Part shown: positions 27,990 through 38,397 of the stretch, piece after piece
Layout: the number at the start of each line of letters is the position of its first letter
Position numbering within the stretch: the first letter of the stretch is position 1
DNA from: an uncultured Gammaproteobacteria bacterium
GTDB lineage: Bacteria > Patescibacteriota > Patescibacteriia > UBA9934
DNA length: 64,000 nt
Direction: 5' to 3'
Assembly: GCA_964401485.1 (NCBI GenBank)
Contig: CAYNYL010000003.1
Location: 18,365-82,364 of the forward strand
Notes under the pieces: model-generated
Told to the model about the DNA's origin: nothing
Databases searched by the model: none
Seen by the model: only the letters and a program-made list of their open reading frames with translations
Program-made: the position numbers and the translations under genes

Positions 27990-28475
27990 TTAGTTCAATT
28001 CGGCGATGTATGGGGCAAGGGTTTCATTGCCCGTTAAAAAATATTCCGCAACGATCTCGCACTGTTCTTCGATATCATATTCACGAAAGGATTTTGCCTC
28101 GTCGAAATTGACCGAGTAGGCGTTACGTTCGGTTAGTGTTTCTAAAAGCGCTCGTGGAATATAGCCAAGGCCAAAATTCTGATATTGCCAAATATGACAG
28201 CCTTCATGTACTAGGAGCGCTTGCTTTTTTAGGGTATCGGCCTCCCAGTGTCTTGGAAATGTAATCGTATTACCGATCGTCAGCCCTGGATAAATGATCA
28301 TTAGGATTCCACCGTGCTTAATCCGCACCTCGTCGTAATTAATGCTCTCGCCATACAGTTTTTCCAAAATCGTGCGCTCCCCATCCGTTAGTGTTCGTCG
28401 ATTGATAAACATCGGCACAAAAATGATCGAAAATGCTATACACCCTGTAAGTAAAGCGACGATAAATTTCCGCAT
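27990..28475 (-). CDS. DUF4157-like HExxH metallopeptidase-domain protein
   Basis: TM anchor, VRI, TIGNTI.F, LLVHEGCHIWQY, IEEQ. Confidence 0.7.
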   Translation of the reverse strand: MRKFIVALLTGCIAFSIIFVPMFINRRTLTDGERTILEKLYGESINYDEVRIKHGGILMIIYPGLTIGNTITFPRHWEADTLKKQALLVHEGCHIWQYQNFGLGYIPRALLETLTERNAYSVNFDEAKSFREYDIEEQCEIVAEYFLTGNETLAPYIAELN

Positions 28476-28573
28476 AGTTGATTGAGCTTATCCTAGCATA
28501 ATCAATCGAAATTCGCATGGAGGCAGTCACCAACTAAAGCATGAAGACCGCCGGGAGGGCGGTCTTACGTAGG

Positions 28574-29035
28574 CTAGTGCGTCGTGCGACGCGGAGGTCC
28601 CATCGGGACGGTGATGCCGAGAAGGATTCCGGCGCCACCACCGGCCATCAAAAGATTGCCGGTCATGGCGTATGGCTCGAGGTCGTGGCGGTACTGCCAC
28701 TGTTCGAGCTCGGAGAGCGTGGTGGCCTCGGCGCGGTACTTGAGCTGGGCGCTGGCCGAGAGGGCAAGGCCCGTGATGAACGCGGCGCCGGAGACGGCCG
28801 TGACGACGCGGTTCGTTCGGCCTATCCGGTACGGCTCGCTTTCGGGGCCGACCTCGACGAGGCGGGGGACGAGCGCCCAGTCTTCGCTGGCGCAGATCAC
28901 GGTCCTTCCGGTCCAAGCCACCGTTTCACCCGTCTCGAGTTGCTGGACGGCCGGTTCGAGCTGGAGCTCGGGACTCGCGAGGGCTGGGGTGGCGAAGAAC
29001 ACGGAAAGGAGCGTGACGAACAGATAAGCGGGCAT
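28574..29035 (-). CDS. Hypothetical exported/membrane protein
   Basis: GGAG SD, signal peptide ending PALA, two hydrophobic segments. Confidence 0.5.
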   Translation of the reverse strand: MPAYLFVTLLSVFFATPALASPELQLEPAVQQLETGETVAWTGRTVICASEDWALVPRLVEVGPESEPYRIGRTNRVVTAVSGAAFITGLALSASAQLKYRAEATTLSELEQWQYRHDLEPYAMTGNLLMAGGGAGILLGITVPMGPPRRTTH

Positions 29036-29121
29036 GAAAGCTCCAATACTTAGTCTTTGGCGGAATACCAAAAAGACTCACCAGTCTATCACGGATGAGC
29101 CTTTTTGTCTATTAAAGGCCT

Positions 29122-30819
29122 CTAATTCTCTAACAGGTCTACGCGACGACGCAGGGAGGATGTGTCTACGGCGAGGTCACTCGCGTTCTCAAGGGCGGTT
29201 CCAAACGACAGGCGTGACCAAGTCGTTGGCGGAAGATCGATGACGTAATCTGCCCAGCTTGGCCCATAGAGCGACCTTGCGAGGCCTTCGCTCGTAATCC
29301 AACGGAATATTGGAGCCTCGGGCGTCCCGTCTATGGCAAAGACGTCCGGAACGGACTGGATTTTTACGAGAACGGTACCAGCTTTTGGAAGAAGCGTCGG
29401 GCCAAGAGGGATAGCTTGCAATGATTCTTCGTCGATCACTGATACTTCATTGAAAGACGTGGCCCAGGTGAAGAAGGTTTGTTCGTCGGGAATCGGGCGA
29501 CGACGATTTGACGAATCGAGGAGATAGATCGTGGAAGTCGAAGCAGAGCGTACAAATGTTTGTGACTGCTCGACGGGCCATTTCATTACTAAGGATTCAG
29601 CACTACCTAGTTGTACCGCGAGGTCGGTTGATTCAACGAAAAAGGTGACATCTTGATTTTTATACGATGCCGGAAGATTGCCGGACCAAGCGCCAAGTAG
29701 CGGTACAGCGCTTGAAAGCGGAACGGCGACTCCGTCCTCTCCCTTTACAAAAACGCGAACGTACCGCACGTCGTTTCCCGAGCTCCAGGTTAGGCGAGTG
29801 AACCCCGAGGAATCAATCGTGGCATTCACGTTTGAAATGGAATAATCCACTACTGGTTTTTTTATCACGACATTTGAGCTCGTGTTCATTGTTGTGAAAT
29901 TCCATGTTGTTTGCGACGAGATTCCGGCGAATGGATTGCTCCACGCGTCAACGAACGCACCCTCGTCGATCGTGATATGGTAGGGGGTATTTGAGAGAAG
30001 GTGGTTTGGTAGGCTGACGGTAATCGTGTTTGTGCCGGACCCCGTAACCTCGTCACCTGTTACATCGATTGTTGCGGAGGCGGTGGAATTGGCGGTTTGT
30101 ACAACGGTGATATTTCCCGTTCCAACGGTAACCGCTTCGCTAAACGTGAGCGTTAACTCTGGTCGAGTTGAAACACCGAATGAATTGTCGATTGGCGAAA
30201 TTGCTGTGAGTATTGGGTCAGCGTCGTCGGCAATAGTAAGAACGAATTCATCAAACGATGCTCCGTGGTTACCGGGAAGTCCTGCAGAATCGGTCGTTGT
30301 TGCGATAACGCGAATATAGCGCATTCCTGGGCCGTAGCTTCCAAGTCCAAGCGTTCTTTGCGTCCATTCGGCGGAAGCAGTGTGCGGATCCGGGAGCGAG
30401 GTAATCGCCATTGCTCCAAGTCCTGAGCCAAGCATCTGAAGGCCAACATCGTAGGTATCATTCTCTCCGTCGTCATCGTTTCCCTTTACATAGACCGAAA
30501 GCGAGATCCCTGTAATCGAATCGAGTTGCGCTTCGGTGTAGCCGAGATCTAAGAGATCAACGGTTTGGGTAAGCGTGCTTGTTGCATTTCCACCACGAAA
30601 ACTATACGTACCGGCATAGGCGCCGGTCGCAGGAGTTGTCCACGCTTCACCGGTGACTTCGGGAGTCCATCCATCCAGGCTTCCGAGTTCCGCACCGGGG
30701 TTTGTGAGATTCGAAGGGGGAAGAGCAAAAGCTGGAAGCGCCCCTATGAACACTAGGAGGAGAAAAACAACAAAAGTCGGGTTCAGTTTAAGGCGCATAG
30801 TTCTATCCAAGTATAGCAA
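29122..30819 (-). CDS. Secreted surface protein: FBA-like lectin domain, Ig-like (SbsA/Big_5-like) domain and C-terminal wall-associated region
   Basis: Signal peptide; LTNPGAE..QTVDL..GY...LD..W...YGPGMRYI; SP.DN..GVS..LTLTFSEAV..WNFTT; RRPIPDEQTFFTW. Confidence 0.7.
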   Translation of the reverse strand: MLYLDRTMRLKLNPTFVVFLLLVFIGALPAFALPPSNLTNPGAELGSLDGWTPEVTGEAWTTPATGAYAGTYSFRGGNATSTLTQTVDLLDLGYTEAQLDSITGISLSVYVKGNDDDGENDTYDVGLQMLGSGLGAMAITSLPDPHTASAEWTQRTLGLGSYGPGMRYIRVIATTTDSAGLPGNHGASFDEFVLTIADDADPILTAISPIDNSFGVSTRPELTLTFSEAVTVGTGNITVVQTANSTASATIDVTGDEVTGSGTNTITVSLPNHLLSNTPYHITIDEGAFVDAWSNPFAGISSQTTWNFTTMNTSSNVVIKKPVVDYSISNVNATIDSSGFTRLTWSSGNDVRYVRVFVKGEDGVAVPLSSAVPLLGAWSGNLPASYKNQDVTFFVESTDLAVQLGSAESLVMKWPVEQSQTFVRSASTSTIYLLDSSNRRRPIPDEQTFFTWATSFNEVSVIDEESLQAIPLGPTLLPKAGTVLVKIQSVPDVFAIDGTPEAPIFRWITSEGLARSLYGPSWADYVIDLPPTTWSRLSFGTALENASDLAVDTSSLRRRVDLLEN

Positions 30820-30890
30820 ACTTTCTTTTGAGTTCCTGTGAGCGTTGATGCTGTAAACAAAAATCCCTGCTGTTTAAGCAGAGACGTTTG

Positions 30891-30966
30891 TGGCAGGGGC
30901 GACAGGATTCGAACCTGCGACCAACGGTTTTGGAGACCGCTACTCTACCAGCTGAGCTACACCCCT
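30891..30966 (-). tRNA. tRNA-Trp (CCA)
   Basis: Cloverleaf; anticodon arm GCGGT-CT-CCA-AA-ACCGT; GGTTCGAATC; 3' CCA. Confidence 0.96.
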
Positions 30967-31040
30967 ATGCTAGGGTAGGATACAGTAAATGGCCATTATT
31001 TACAAGTTTTTTTCCGCGTGGTACAGTGTCGCCACAAAAT

Positions 31041-31117
31041 GCCAATGTAGCTCAGTTGGTTAGAGCAGCTGTTTTGTAAACAGCAGGTCATCGGTTCGAA
31101 TCCGATCATTGGCTCCA
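31041..31117 (+). tRNA. tRNA-Thr (TGT)
   Basis: Anticodon arm GCTGT-TT-TGT-AA-ACAGC; GGTTCGAATC; 3' CCA. Confidence 0.96.
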
Positions 31118-31120
31118 GAC

Positions 31121-31206
31121 GGGTCGGTACTCAAGCGGTCAACGAGGGCAGACTGTAAATCTGCTGGCATTCGCCTACGGGGGTTCGAGTCCCTCCCGGC
31201 CCACCA
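31121..31206 (+). tRNA. tRNA-Tyr (GTA)
   Basis: Anticodon arm GCAGA-CT-GTA-AA-TCTGC; long variable arm; 3' CCA. Confidence 0.96.
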
Positions 31207-31281
31207 AAAATCCATCGTGGAAACACGGTGGTTTTTTGTTGTAAACGAAACACGGCCCGAGGGGGCCGTGTGAGAGGATGC

Positions 31282-32577
31282 CTACCAAAGCGCTTCCACG
31301 AAATCCGCCCAGGGGATTCCGAGTGCGCGACAGGCTTTTTGCGCCTGCATGCGCAGAATGTGCGTGTCAATTTGGTGGGGGTTACTGAAGCGAACCGTTT
31401 TGCCCTTGTGGGAGATCATCGTGTGGTGTGACCGGAACACGAGTGCCCCAAGGCGAACGAATGCGTTCACCGCTTTCCGATACGTGAGGCTGCGAACATA
31501 AAAGGTCTCGCGACGTTCTCTGGTCGCTGGTTCGTGGTTTGCCTCTTCATCCTTATGCTCGGCCCCTTCATCCGAAGCGAAGGTTTCCTCTGGAATATCT
31601 TCAGTTAAGTTTTCCAGGGGATCGCCACGGGGTACGATTTCTCCATCCATGGCCTTTTCGGGCCCAGGCGTTCCAAATACGAGTGCTCCGTCCAGGATTG
31701 CCGACCGGATCAGTTCCTCGGCTGTTTCGAGGAGAAAGTCGTAGAGGTCTTCTACGGCGTAGACCCGGAAGCCTGCTCGAAGACTGTATAGTGGTGAAAA
31801 AATGGAGAGCGTCCGGGTCGTGAGCGAGTAGTTCGCTTGGAAGTGGTATCTCGAGGGTGTCGCGAGATCGAACGTGACAAAGTCGGTACTTACGCCTTCC
31901 TCGGGTGTCACAATGGACCAGCGTACAACACTGCTTACCGCCTCAAAGAACGCATTTGGTTGTTTGTCGTACACTAGACTATCGTTTGCCCGGATGTACT
32001 CTTCCGCGTTTGTACCGGGGAGAAGGTGTGTGCTCGAGAAGCGTCGAAGAAACCGATAGGCTTCATCGCTACGATTCCTGAATCGAGCCCTTTCCTCTTG
32101 CGTCATCCTACTCGTCGTGATGCCGAGGTACTTACAAAAGGTTGCCCAGTTTGTTGATGGATGGCGCTCGGTAGGATCCCAGGTCGGATCGGTGAGTACG
32201 CCGTCTCGAATTGGAGTGTGCGCAATGCTTGCATGCTCGATCAGCATGATGCCGTGGAGGGCAAGCACTCGGTTTTGCGCGGCCACTCGATCGAACCATT
32301 CGTGCAGTACGCGCGAGTCTCTTTCGAGAGATTTTGCGGTACGGTATTTTACACCGGTGATAAGATCATTTGTGAGACCAGCTCCAGCTTCGTCGATTCG
32401 ATCTTCGAACCCATCTGCGCGAAGGATTCTGATCGCTTCGATGAAGTCATCGCTTGAGTCGACGACTTCTTCATATTGGTCCATTCTCGTAAGGATATCG
32501 ATGAACCGCTGACGCGTTTGACGTGAGACGATATTTCGGATGGTAAGGAGCTTTGAAAAGTCCGGTTGACTCGACAT
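31282..32577 (-). CDS. Hypothetical protein with C-terminal HicA-like domain
   Basis: 431 aa from MSSQ with AGAGG SD and TTGACA-17-TATTAT promoter; the domain call is by resemblance only. Confidence 0.6.
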   Translation of the reverse strand: MSSQPDFSKLLTIRNIVSRQTRQRFIDILTRMDQYEEVVDSSDDFIEAIRILRADGFEDRIDEAGAGLTNDLITGVKYRTAKSLERDSRVLHEWFDRVAAQNRVLALHGIMLIEHASIAHTPIRDGVLTDPTWDPTERHPSTNWATFCKYLGITTSRMTQEERARFRNRSDEAYRFLRRFSSTHLLPGTNAEEYIRANDSLVYDKQPNAFFEAVSSVVRWSIVTPEEGVSTDFVTFDLATPSRYHFQANYSLTTRTLSIFSPLYSLRAGFRVYAVEDLYDFLLETAEELIRSAILDGALVFGTPGPEKAMDGEIVPRGDPLENLTEDIPEETFASDEGAEHKDEEANHEPATRERRETFYVRSLTYRKAVNAFVRLGALVFRSHHTMISHKGKTVRFSNPHQIDTHILRMQAQKACRALGIPWADFVEALW

Positions 32578-32683
32578 GGTAACCTCTGGGTTGTGAAGGG
32601 ACGGGGTAAAATAATAGTGCAAAAAGGCTTGTTTGTCAACCCAAAACGGGTACAATGAACCTGTAATTCTTAGCCCATTTGTT

Positions 32684-32938
32684 ATGCAATGGTATTCGTA
32701 TTCGCTCGGGGTCACGTCGAGAAATGATATTGAGAACGCTTGCTCGTCGGCCGGAATGTCCTCGTTTTCGCCGGAGATGCCGTTTTATTTCGGGTATCAG
32801 GACGCGCAGGGTCGGCAGGTAAAAGTCGGGCCAGAAGGAATTGAAGACAAAGTGTACATTGGAATTCCAGACGGTGGAGCGATCGCGGTAGAGGAGGCGC
32901 TTCGAGAAGTCGCAGGGGCAATCGGACTTTCGATATAA
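32684..32938 (+). CDS. Small hypothetical protein
   Basis: 84 aa, stop 1 bp before the msrA start. Confidence 0.55.
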   Translation: MQWYSYSLGVTSRNDIENACSSAGMSSFSPEMPFYFGYQDAQGRQVKVGPEGIEDKVYIGIPDGGAIAVEEALREVAGAIGLSI

Positions 32939-32939
32939 T

Positions 32940-33482
32940 ATGAAGGGCATACCGGAAATTGCGGTGTTTGCGGGAGGATGTTTTTGGTGTCTTGACGCGG
33001 TGTTTCGCGAGCTCAAGGGGGTGACGGGCGTGCAGGCGGGGTATACGGGAGGTGAAATCGAATCGCCAACCTATGACGCTGTCTGCTCCGGCTCGACGGG
33101 TCATGCCGAGGCTGTGCTTGTCGAATATGATCCGGAAGTTTTAAGTTATGACATTTTGCTTAATGTCTTTTTTGCGACCCATGACCCAACGACGCTTAAC
33201 CGTCAGGGAAATGATATCGGGACGCAGTATCGTTCCGCGATTTTTTATCGCAATGACGAACAAAAGAAATCGGCGGAGGAGACGATCAATCGTCTCGAGA
33301 AAGACGGGACCTATTCGAAGATCGTAACGGAGGTTGTTCCGCTTACGACGTTTTACCCGGCCGAGCAGTATCACCAAAATTATTTCGCACGGAATCCAGA
33401 GCAGGGCTATTGTTCCGCAATCATCTCGCCAAAACTCGCGAAGCTCCGCGCGTCGTTTAAGGAGCTGCTTTTGCAGTCTTGA
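32940..33482 (+). CDS. msrA: Peptide-methionine (S)-S-oxide reductase
   Basis: GGCFWC, TGHAE, HDPTTLNRQGND.GTQYRS, AEQYHQNY. Confidence 0.96.
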   Translation: MKGIPEIAVFAGGCFWCLDAVFRELKGVTGVQAGYTGGEIESPTYDAVCSGSTGHAEAVLVEYDPEVLSYDILLNVFFATHDPTTLNRQGNDIGTQYRSAIFYRNDEQKKSAEETINRLEKDGTYSKIVTEVVPLTTFYPAEQYHQNYFARNPEQGYCSAIISPKLAKLRASFKELLLQS

Positions 33483-34002
33483 GGCGGAAGCCGAGGGAAG
33501 TGACCGTGTGCACGGTAACGAGGATAACGCCGGCGATAAGCGAACCGTAGTCGAGTCCGTCGAGAAGTCCAAGTAACGCAAACCCGAGAACGACCGTTAG
33601 ATGGAGTGTGAGCATCGGTGTAACGAGGTTGTTTTGTTCGAATTCGTCACTTTTGGTTTTGTTGAGCATGGCGAGCTGGAGGAGCTGCGCGCCTGTAACG
33701 AGGAGGATTGGTAGCCGTATTGCCCAGAGGGTTGCACCGATTGAGTCGTCAACGATGCCCATTGAAACGGCAAAAATAAGAAAGAGAGTCGTGAGGATAG
33801 ACATCCAGAACGTGTACACACCGACCATGAACCAATCAATGATTGGCTTCCTTGATATGAGATTATAGGCGATCATGAGCGGGATTAAGATCAGCGCTTC
33901 GGCGAACCAAAGATAGGCGATTTCGACGGGGCTCCATCCGAACGCGAAAATACCGATAAACGGAATCGCGGACGAGGTGATTGCAAGGAGGTAGGAGAAC
34001 AT
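33457..34002 (-). CDS. Membrane protein (DUF6498-like)
   Basis: IPFIGIFAFGW...YLWFAE N-terminal motif, multiple TM helices. Confidence 0.6.
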   Translation of the reverse strand: MFSYLLAITSSAIPFIGIFAFGWSPVEIAYLWFAEALILIPLMIAYNLISRKPIIDWFMVGVYTFWMSILTTLFLIFAVSMGIVDDSIGATLWAIRLPILLVTGAQLLQLAMLNKTKSDEFEQNNLVTPMLTLHLTVVLGFALLGLLDGLDYGSLIAGVILVTVHTVTSLGFRLKTAKAAP

Positions 34003-34006
34003 ACGG

Positions 34007-34552
34007 TTATCGTGATTTGGCAATGTATCCGTTGGTATGGGCAATGTAGAGATGGACGAATGTCGCGAACGAAATGAAAACGAGTCCAATTTGGCTTGTG
34101 TCTGGGAATCTTTCCCAAACGCTAAGCGTCAATCCAAAGCCAATTAAGAGCGTTCCGAGCACCGCGCGTACTTCGTCGTGGATGTACTTTGCATCGTGAT
34201 CGCGAAGTGGTTTCGTAAAGCGCGTGATTCCGAGTGTGAAAACAGCAATCGACGGGACGATGAGTGCTTTTAAAAAATCTGGCTCTGTGAGCTTCGGTTC
34301 GAGGACCGCGAAAACAAGGGTAAAAATTGCGATCGTAGCAAGTAGGATAAAGACTAGCCAGGGGGTGGCAATTTCAGACTTGAGTGTTCCTTTTGGAAAC
34401 GTGGTGAGGCTTATAGTGAAGCACGCTGTGACCGCGAGCGCATCGATAAGCATAAGAACCGGGATTGTCATTGCGTTCCAATCGAAGAGTATGACACCAA
34501 AGATTGGGATAATTCCGGAAAGACAGATCGAGAAAAACGTGCTGATGCGCAT
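34007..34552 (-). CDS. Membrane protein, probable paralog of 33457-34002
   Basis: IPIFGVILFDW motif, same length (181 aa). Confidence 0.6.
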   Translation of the reverse strand: MRISTFFSICLSGIIPIFGVILFDWNAMTIPVLMLIDALAVTACFTISLTTFPKGTLKSEIATPWLVFILLATIAIFTLVFAVLEPKLTEPDFLKALIVPSIAVFTLGITRFTKPLRDHDAKYIHDEVRAVLGTLLIGFGLTLSVWERFPDTSQIGLVFISFATFVHLYIAHTNGYIAKSR

Positions 34553-34598
34553 ATAGAGGGAGTATAACAAAACGCTCCCGGGAAGGGGAGCGATTGTT

Positions 34599-36398
34599 TT
34601 AGGCGACGCCGTTGCGTTTGCGGTCGTGCTCTTTTAGGAACTTCTTTCGGAGGCGAACCTTTGTTGGCGTGATCTCGACGTACTCGTCTTTATCGACATA
34701 TTCGAGGGCGCGCTCAAGGTTCATATCAAGGTGCGGGGTAAGTTTTACGGCCATGTCCGCTCCGCTTGATCGCATGTTCGTCAATTTCTTTTCACGGATT
34801 GCGTTAACGGTCATGTTCTCTTTTGACGACGCACCAATGACCATTCCTTCGTAAATATCCTCTCCAGGTCCAACGAAGAGCGTTCCGCGGTCCTCGAGTC
34901 CCTCGAGAGCGTACGGCGTTGTCTTTCCGTCAAAGCCCGAGATAATCGAACCGGTGTTTCGGCGGTCGATATCGCCCTTGTGTGGTCCGTATTTAAGGAA
35001 TTGGTGCGAGAGCGTTCCTTCTCCCTTAGTGTCGGTCAAAAATTCCGTTCGGTAGCCGAGAAGTCCGCGCGTAGGGATTTCGTATTCGAGACGGGTGTAG
35101 CCGTTCTCGGTCGACATGTTCTTCATTTCTCCCTTTCGGCGTCCAAGCTTTTCGATCACGGTTCCTTGTGACTCTTCCGGAACGTCGATGATACAAATTT
35201 CGATCGGCTCGAGAAGCTGTCCATTCTCTTCCTTGAGCGCAACTTCCGGCTGACCAACTTGCATTTCAAATCCTTCACGGCGCATTTGCTCAAGAAGAAT
35301 CGAAAGATGCATTTCTCCGCGACCATGAAGCATAAACGCTTCCGCGGTGTCTGGCATCTCGATTTTAAGTCCAACGTTTGTTTGGAGTTCTTTTTCAAGG
35401 CGTTCGCGGATTTGGCGTGAGGTAACGTAGGTTCCTTCGCGACCTGCAAATGGGGAATTGTTCACGAGAAGTTCCATCTTAAGCGTCGGTTGGTCGATCG
35501 CGATACGCGGAAGTTGTTCTGCGTCATCTTTCTCCGCAACGGTATCTCCTACGGTGATCTCCGGGATTCCGGCAATTTGAACGATGTCTCCGGCTGGCGC
35601 TGATTCAACCTCGACTTTCTTAAGTCCAACGTGCGTAAAGAGTTTTGTAATCTTTTCCTTTCGGCGTTTTCCGGATTCGTCGATAACGGTAACGGTCATT
35701 CCGGATTTGATCGTTCCTTCGTAAACGCGTCCAACGGCAAGACGTCCGATATAATCGTCGTAGAAAAGGTTTGCTGGCTGCATCCGCATTGGGAGCATTG
35801 TTTCCGATTTTGCCGGTTTGACTTCCGAAAGAAGGAGGTCGAAAAGAGGGCGAAGGCTTGTGCTTTCATCCGCAAGGTCGAGTTTTGCGATTCCTTCACG
35901 AGCGATCGCGAAAATATATTTGAAATCGAGTTGCTCGTCGGTTGCTCCAAGTTCAACGAAAAGATCGAATACCATGTTCACAACCTCTTCAGGGCGCGCC
36001 ATCGGTTTGTCGATCTTGTTAATGACGACGATTGGTTTAAGTCCAAGGGCAAGCGATTTTCGAAGAACGAATTTTGTTTGTGGCATCGGTCCTTCGAAGG
36101 CGTCGACAAGAAGGAGAACGGAATCTACCATTCGAAGCACACGCTCAACCTCACTTCCAAAATCGGCGTGTCCAGGGGTGTCGACAATATTAATTTTTTG
36201 ACCGTCGATATTGATCGCGGTGTTTTTTGCGTAAATCGTAATTCCACGCTCTCGTTCGAGCTCGTTTGAGTCCATGACGCGCTCCTCGATAATTTCTCGC
36301 TCGGAGAAGGTTCCGGACTGTTTAAGCATGGCGTCAACGAGGGTCGTCTTTCCATGGTCAACGTGGGCAATAATCGCAATGTTTCGAATATCAGGCAT
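34599..36398 (-). CDS. typA: Translational GTPase TypA/BipA
   Basis: [45 protein letters not shown]. Confidence 0.97.
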   Translation of the reverse strand: MPDIRNIAIIAHVDHGKTTLVDAMLKQSGTFSEREIIEERVMDSNELERERGITIYAKNTAINIDGQKINIVDTPGHADFGSEVERVLRMVDSVLLLVDAFEGPMPQTKFVLRKSLALGLKPIVVINKIDKPMARPEEVVNMVFDLFVELGATDEQLDFKYIFAIAREGIAKLDLADESTSLRPLFDLLLSEVKPAKSETMLPMRMQPANLFYDDYIGRLAVGRVYEGTIKSGMTVTVIDESGKRRKEKITKLFTHVGLKKVEVESAPAGDIVQIAGIPEITVGDTVAEKDDAEQLPRIAIDQPTLKMELLVNNSPFAGREGTYVTSRQIRERLEKELQTNVGLKIEMPDTAEAFMLHGRGEMHLSILLEQMRREGFEMQVGQPEVALKEENGQLLEPIEICIIDVPEESQGTVIEKLGRRKGEMKNMSTENGYTRLEYEIPTRGLLGYRTEFLTDTKGEGTLSHQFLKYGPHKGDIDRRNTGSIISGFDGKTTPYALEGLEDRGTLFVGPGEDIYEGMVIGASSKENMTVNAIREKKLTNMRSSGADMAVKLTPHLDMNLERALEYVDKDEYVEITPTKVRLRKKFLKEHDRKRNGVA

Positions 36399-36472
36399 AA
36401 ATGCTTAAAAATCCGCAAAATTGTACCACGGCGCTCCAAGTTTGGCAATGGGGAAACAGGAGTTGGTTCATT

Positions 36473-36501
36473 TTGACAAAATCAGGGAAAAAGTGTATGA
36501 T
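36473..36501 (+). promoter_or_regulatory. Sigma70 promoter
   Basis: TTGACA, 17 bp, TATGAT. Confidence 0.7.
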
Positions 36502-36552
36502 TTTCGGTCCGAGTCATTGTGACGCGGATGTTCGTTTCCATTGGAGGTTGTC

Positions 36553-37992
36553 ATGCATAGAGGCTTGTCCCTGGCCGGTTCGACCGGTCGAAGTGGGATC
36601 TCGCGTCCACGAGTGTCGAGATACTCGCTCGCGTCGAACCCGCCCCCATCGCTCGAAGCGGTTCTTCGAGCGATCCTGGAGAAGGATTGCTTCCGCGACA
36701 GTGGGGCGATTCGCTCCTTCGTGCGGAAAATCGAGCGCACGTACGATGAGAAGGGGCCTGCCGACGACCTCGTGCGGTTTCTCTCGAACGAGGGGTTCAC
36801 TTCGAATGTTGCCGAAGGCATTCGTGTACAGCGTGAGAAGATTCGCGCGCATCTCGGGATGCCTGAGCCGAGCTCGGCGTCGCGATCCTCGCGAGCGATT
36901 CCGATCATCCCGTCGGTTCTCGCCAAGGCGGCAGCCGAAGGGGTGCAGAAGCCGAAGGTCGAGCCCGTCGAGAGTCCCGATAGTCAGTCGGGCGGTAGTG
37001 CCGATGGCGCTACCGTTACAACCCCCACTCACCTGTTCTTCTTCACGCCCGGTGAGTATACAGATTTCGAGTTCGTGCGTGACGCGTTCTTCGACGAGAA
37101 GACGCGTCTCGTAACCGTGCCACTTCGCGACGATACGAAGCCCATTCGGTTGTTCGCCGATCGGCTCGTTGACGCCGGCGTGTGCGCTCCCCTTGATCGT
37201 GGGGAGGGCTCCGCGCAGGGTGAGGTCGCGTACGAGGTGCTCGTATCGTTCAAGGCGTGGCACATCGAGCGGATCTCGGAACGTGCGGATCGTGCCGTGG
37301 CGCCGGAGATCCTCAAGGTCTTCAACGCGCTCCACGAGTACGCCTCGCAGGGCCCGTTTCGCTACGCGGATACGCTCGTCAAGCAGATCGCGGAGCGTTT
37401 CGAGATGAAGGAGGGGACCGTTCGAAGTGTCTTCTTCGGCTTCCGGGAACAGCCACTCGTCAGCGAGCCGCACAAGCGACTAGGGGCATTCCTGATCCTC
37501 GACCGTTCGGCACGTGAACAGACGGTCGTCGTGTGCGTCAAGGGTTTCGAGGGCCATCGGTTGGTTCCCGGAACGCAACGGTTTGTGACGAGGAGTCACA
37601 CGGTGCGGTCCACTCCGGCCATTCCCCGATCGGCAAATCCGGTAGTGTCACCTGCGCCGGTCGTCGAATCGGACGACACTGTGGAAGACGAGGGGACGTC
37701 GACGCCGGAACTCGGGCGCCTTCTCGAGGCGCGCCCCGACGTGCGTGAGGCCATCACCGAAGAGGCACTCGCGATTGCGGATCGGATCCGGTCCGGTGGG
37801 GAGCGTACCTATACTCTCGCCGAACTCGTCGAGCGTCGTCGAGTTCTCCTTGGAGGGATCGCCACCCTCAACGAGTTGATCGCTGAGAAGGAGCGCGAGA
37901 TCCGCGAGGAGGAGGCCCGTCTCGAGCGCGAGGAAGCCGAGCTTCTCGCGAGACTCGAGGCCGTTCGTGCGAGGAAGGCGAAGCTCGAGTAG
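36553..37992 (+). CDS. Hypothetical protein with C-terminal coiled coil
   Basis: GGAGG SD, own promoter and terminator; E/R-rich heptad tail. Confidence 0.65.
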   Translation: MHRGLSLAGSTGRSGISRPRVSRYSLASNPPPSLEAVLRAILEKDCFRDSGAIRSFVRKIERTYDEKGPADDLVRFLSNEGFTSNVAEGIRVQREKIRAHLGMPEPSSASRSSRAIPIIPSVLAKAAAEGVQKPKVEPVESPDSQSGGSADGATVTTPTHLFFFTPGEYTDFEFVRDAFFDEKTRLVTVPLRDDTKPIRLFADRLVDAGVCAPLDRGEGSAQGEVAYEVLVSFKAWHIERISERADRAVAPEILKVFNALHEYASQGPFRYADTLVKQIAERFEMKEGTVRSVFFGFREQPLVSEPHKRLGAFLILDRSAREQTVVVCVKGFEGHRLVPGTQRFVTRSHTVRSTPAIPRSANPVVSPAPVVESDDTVEDEGTSTPELGRLLEARPDVREAITEEALAIADRIRSGGERTYTLAELVERRRVLLGGIATLNELIAEKEREIREEEARLEREEAELLARLEAVRARKAKLE

Positions 37993-38174
37993 TTCGCCAC
38001 TCGTTCGTTAAGCCCGCCGTGGACCAATTGGTTCCGGCGGGCTTTCTGCATCTCAAAAAATTTTGTCAAGGGTCAGGGACTTGAACGGCTCGCCGAAATT
38101 TGTACGAAAAATAAGGCGAAGTTGTGCGAAAAGCATTGACAGGAAAAGGAATAAACCGCATAATCACCCCGTTT

Positions 38175-38396
38175 ATGAGAATCTTTACATGGCAACAAAG
38201 GGTTATCGTCTTCGGGTCAACGCTTTTGACTGTCGGTCTCTTTGTGCTTGCTGGGTACCTTATTGGACGCCTTGTAAATGACGTCCCGCTTCTCATCGCT
38301 CTCTCGGTTCTTGTTTCGTACCCTTTTTCGCAATTTGCGATTATCAAGACCCTAAAAAAGACGAATTACGGCGGCGCGCTTGATAAAACGAAGTAA
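38175..38396 (+). CDS. AtpZ/AtpI-like small membrane protein
   Basis: Two TM helices, GYLIG; first gene of the atp operon. Confidence 0.6.
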   Translation: MRIFTWQQRVIVFGSTLLTVGLFVLAGYLIGRLVNDVPLLIALSVLVSYPFSQFAIIKTLKKTNYGGALDKTK

Positions 38397-38397
38397 T

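Noticed and set aside
28541-29053. Plus-strand ORFs over 28574-29035
   Set aside because: The minus-strand frame has an SD and signal peptide; the plus frames look like GC-rich shadows.
30891-32600. Integrative element at the tRNA cluster
   Set aside because: No integrase and no duplicated tRNA 3' end seen.
36514-37473. 319-aa minus-strand ORF
   Set aside because: Antisense to an ORF that has a promoter, SD and terminator.
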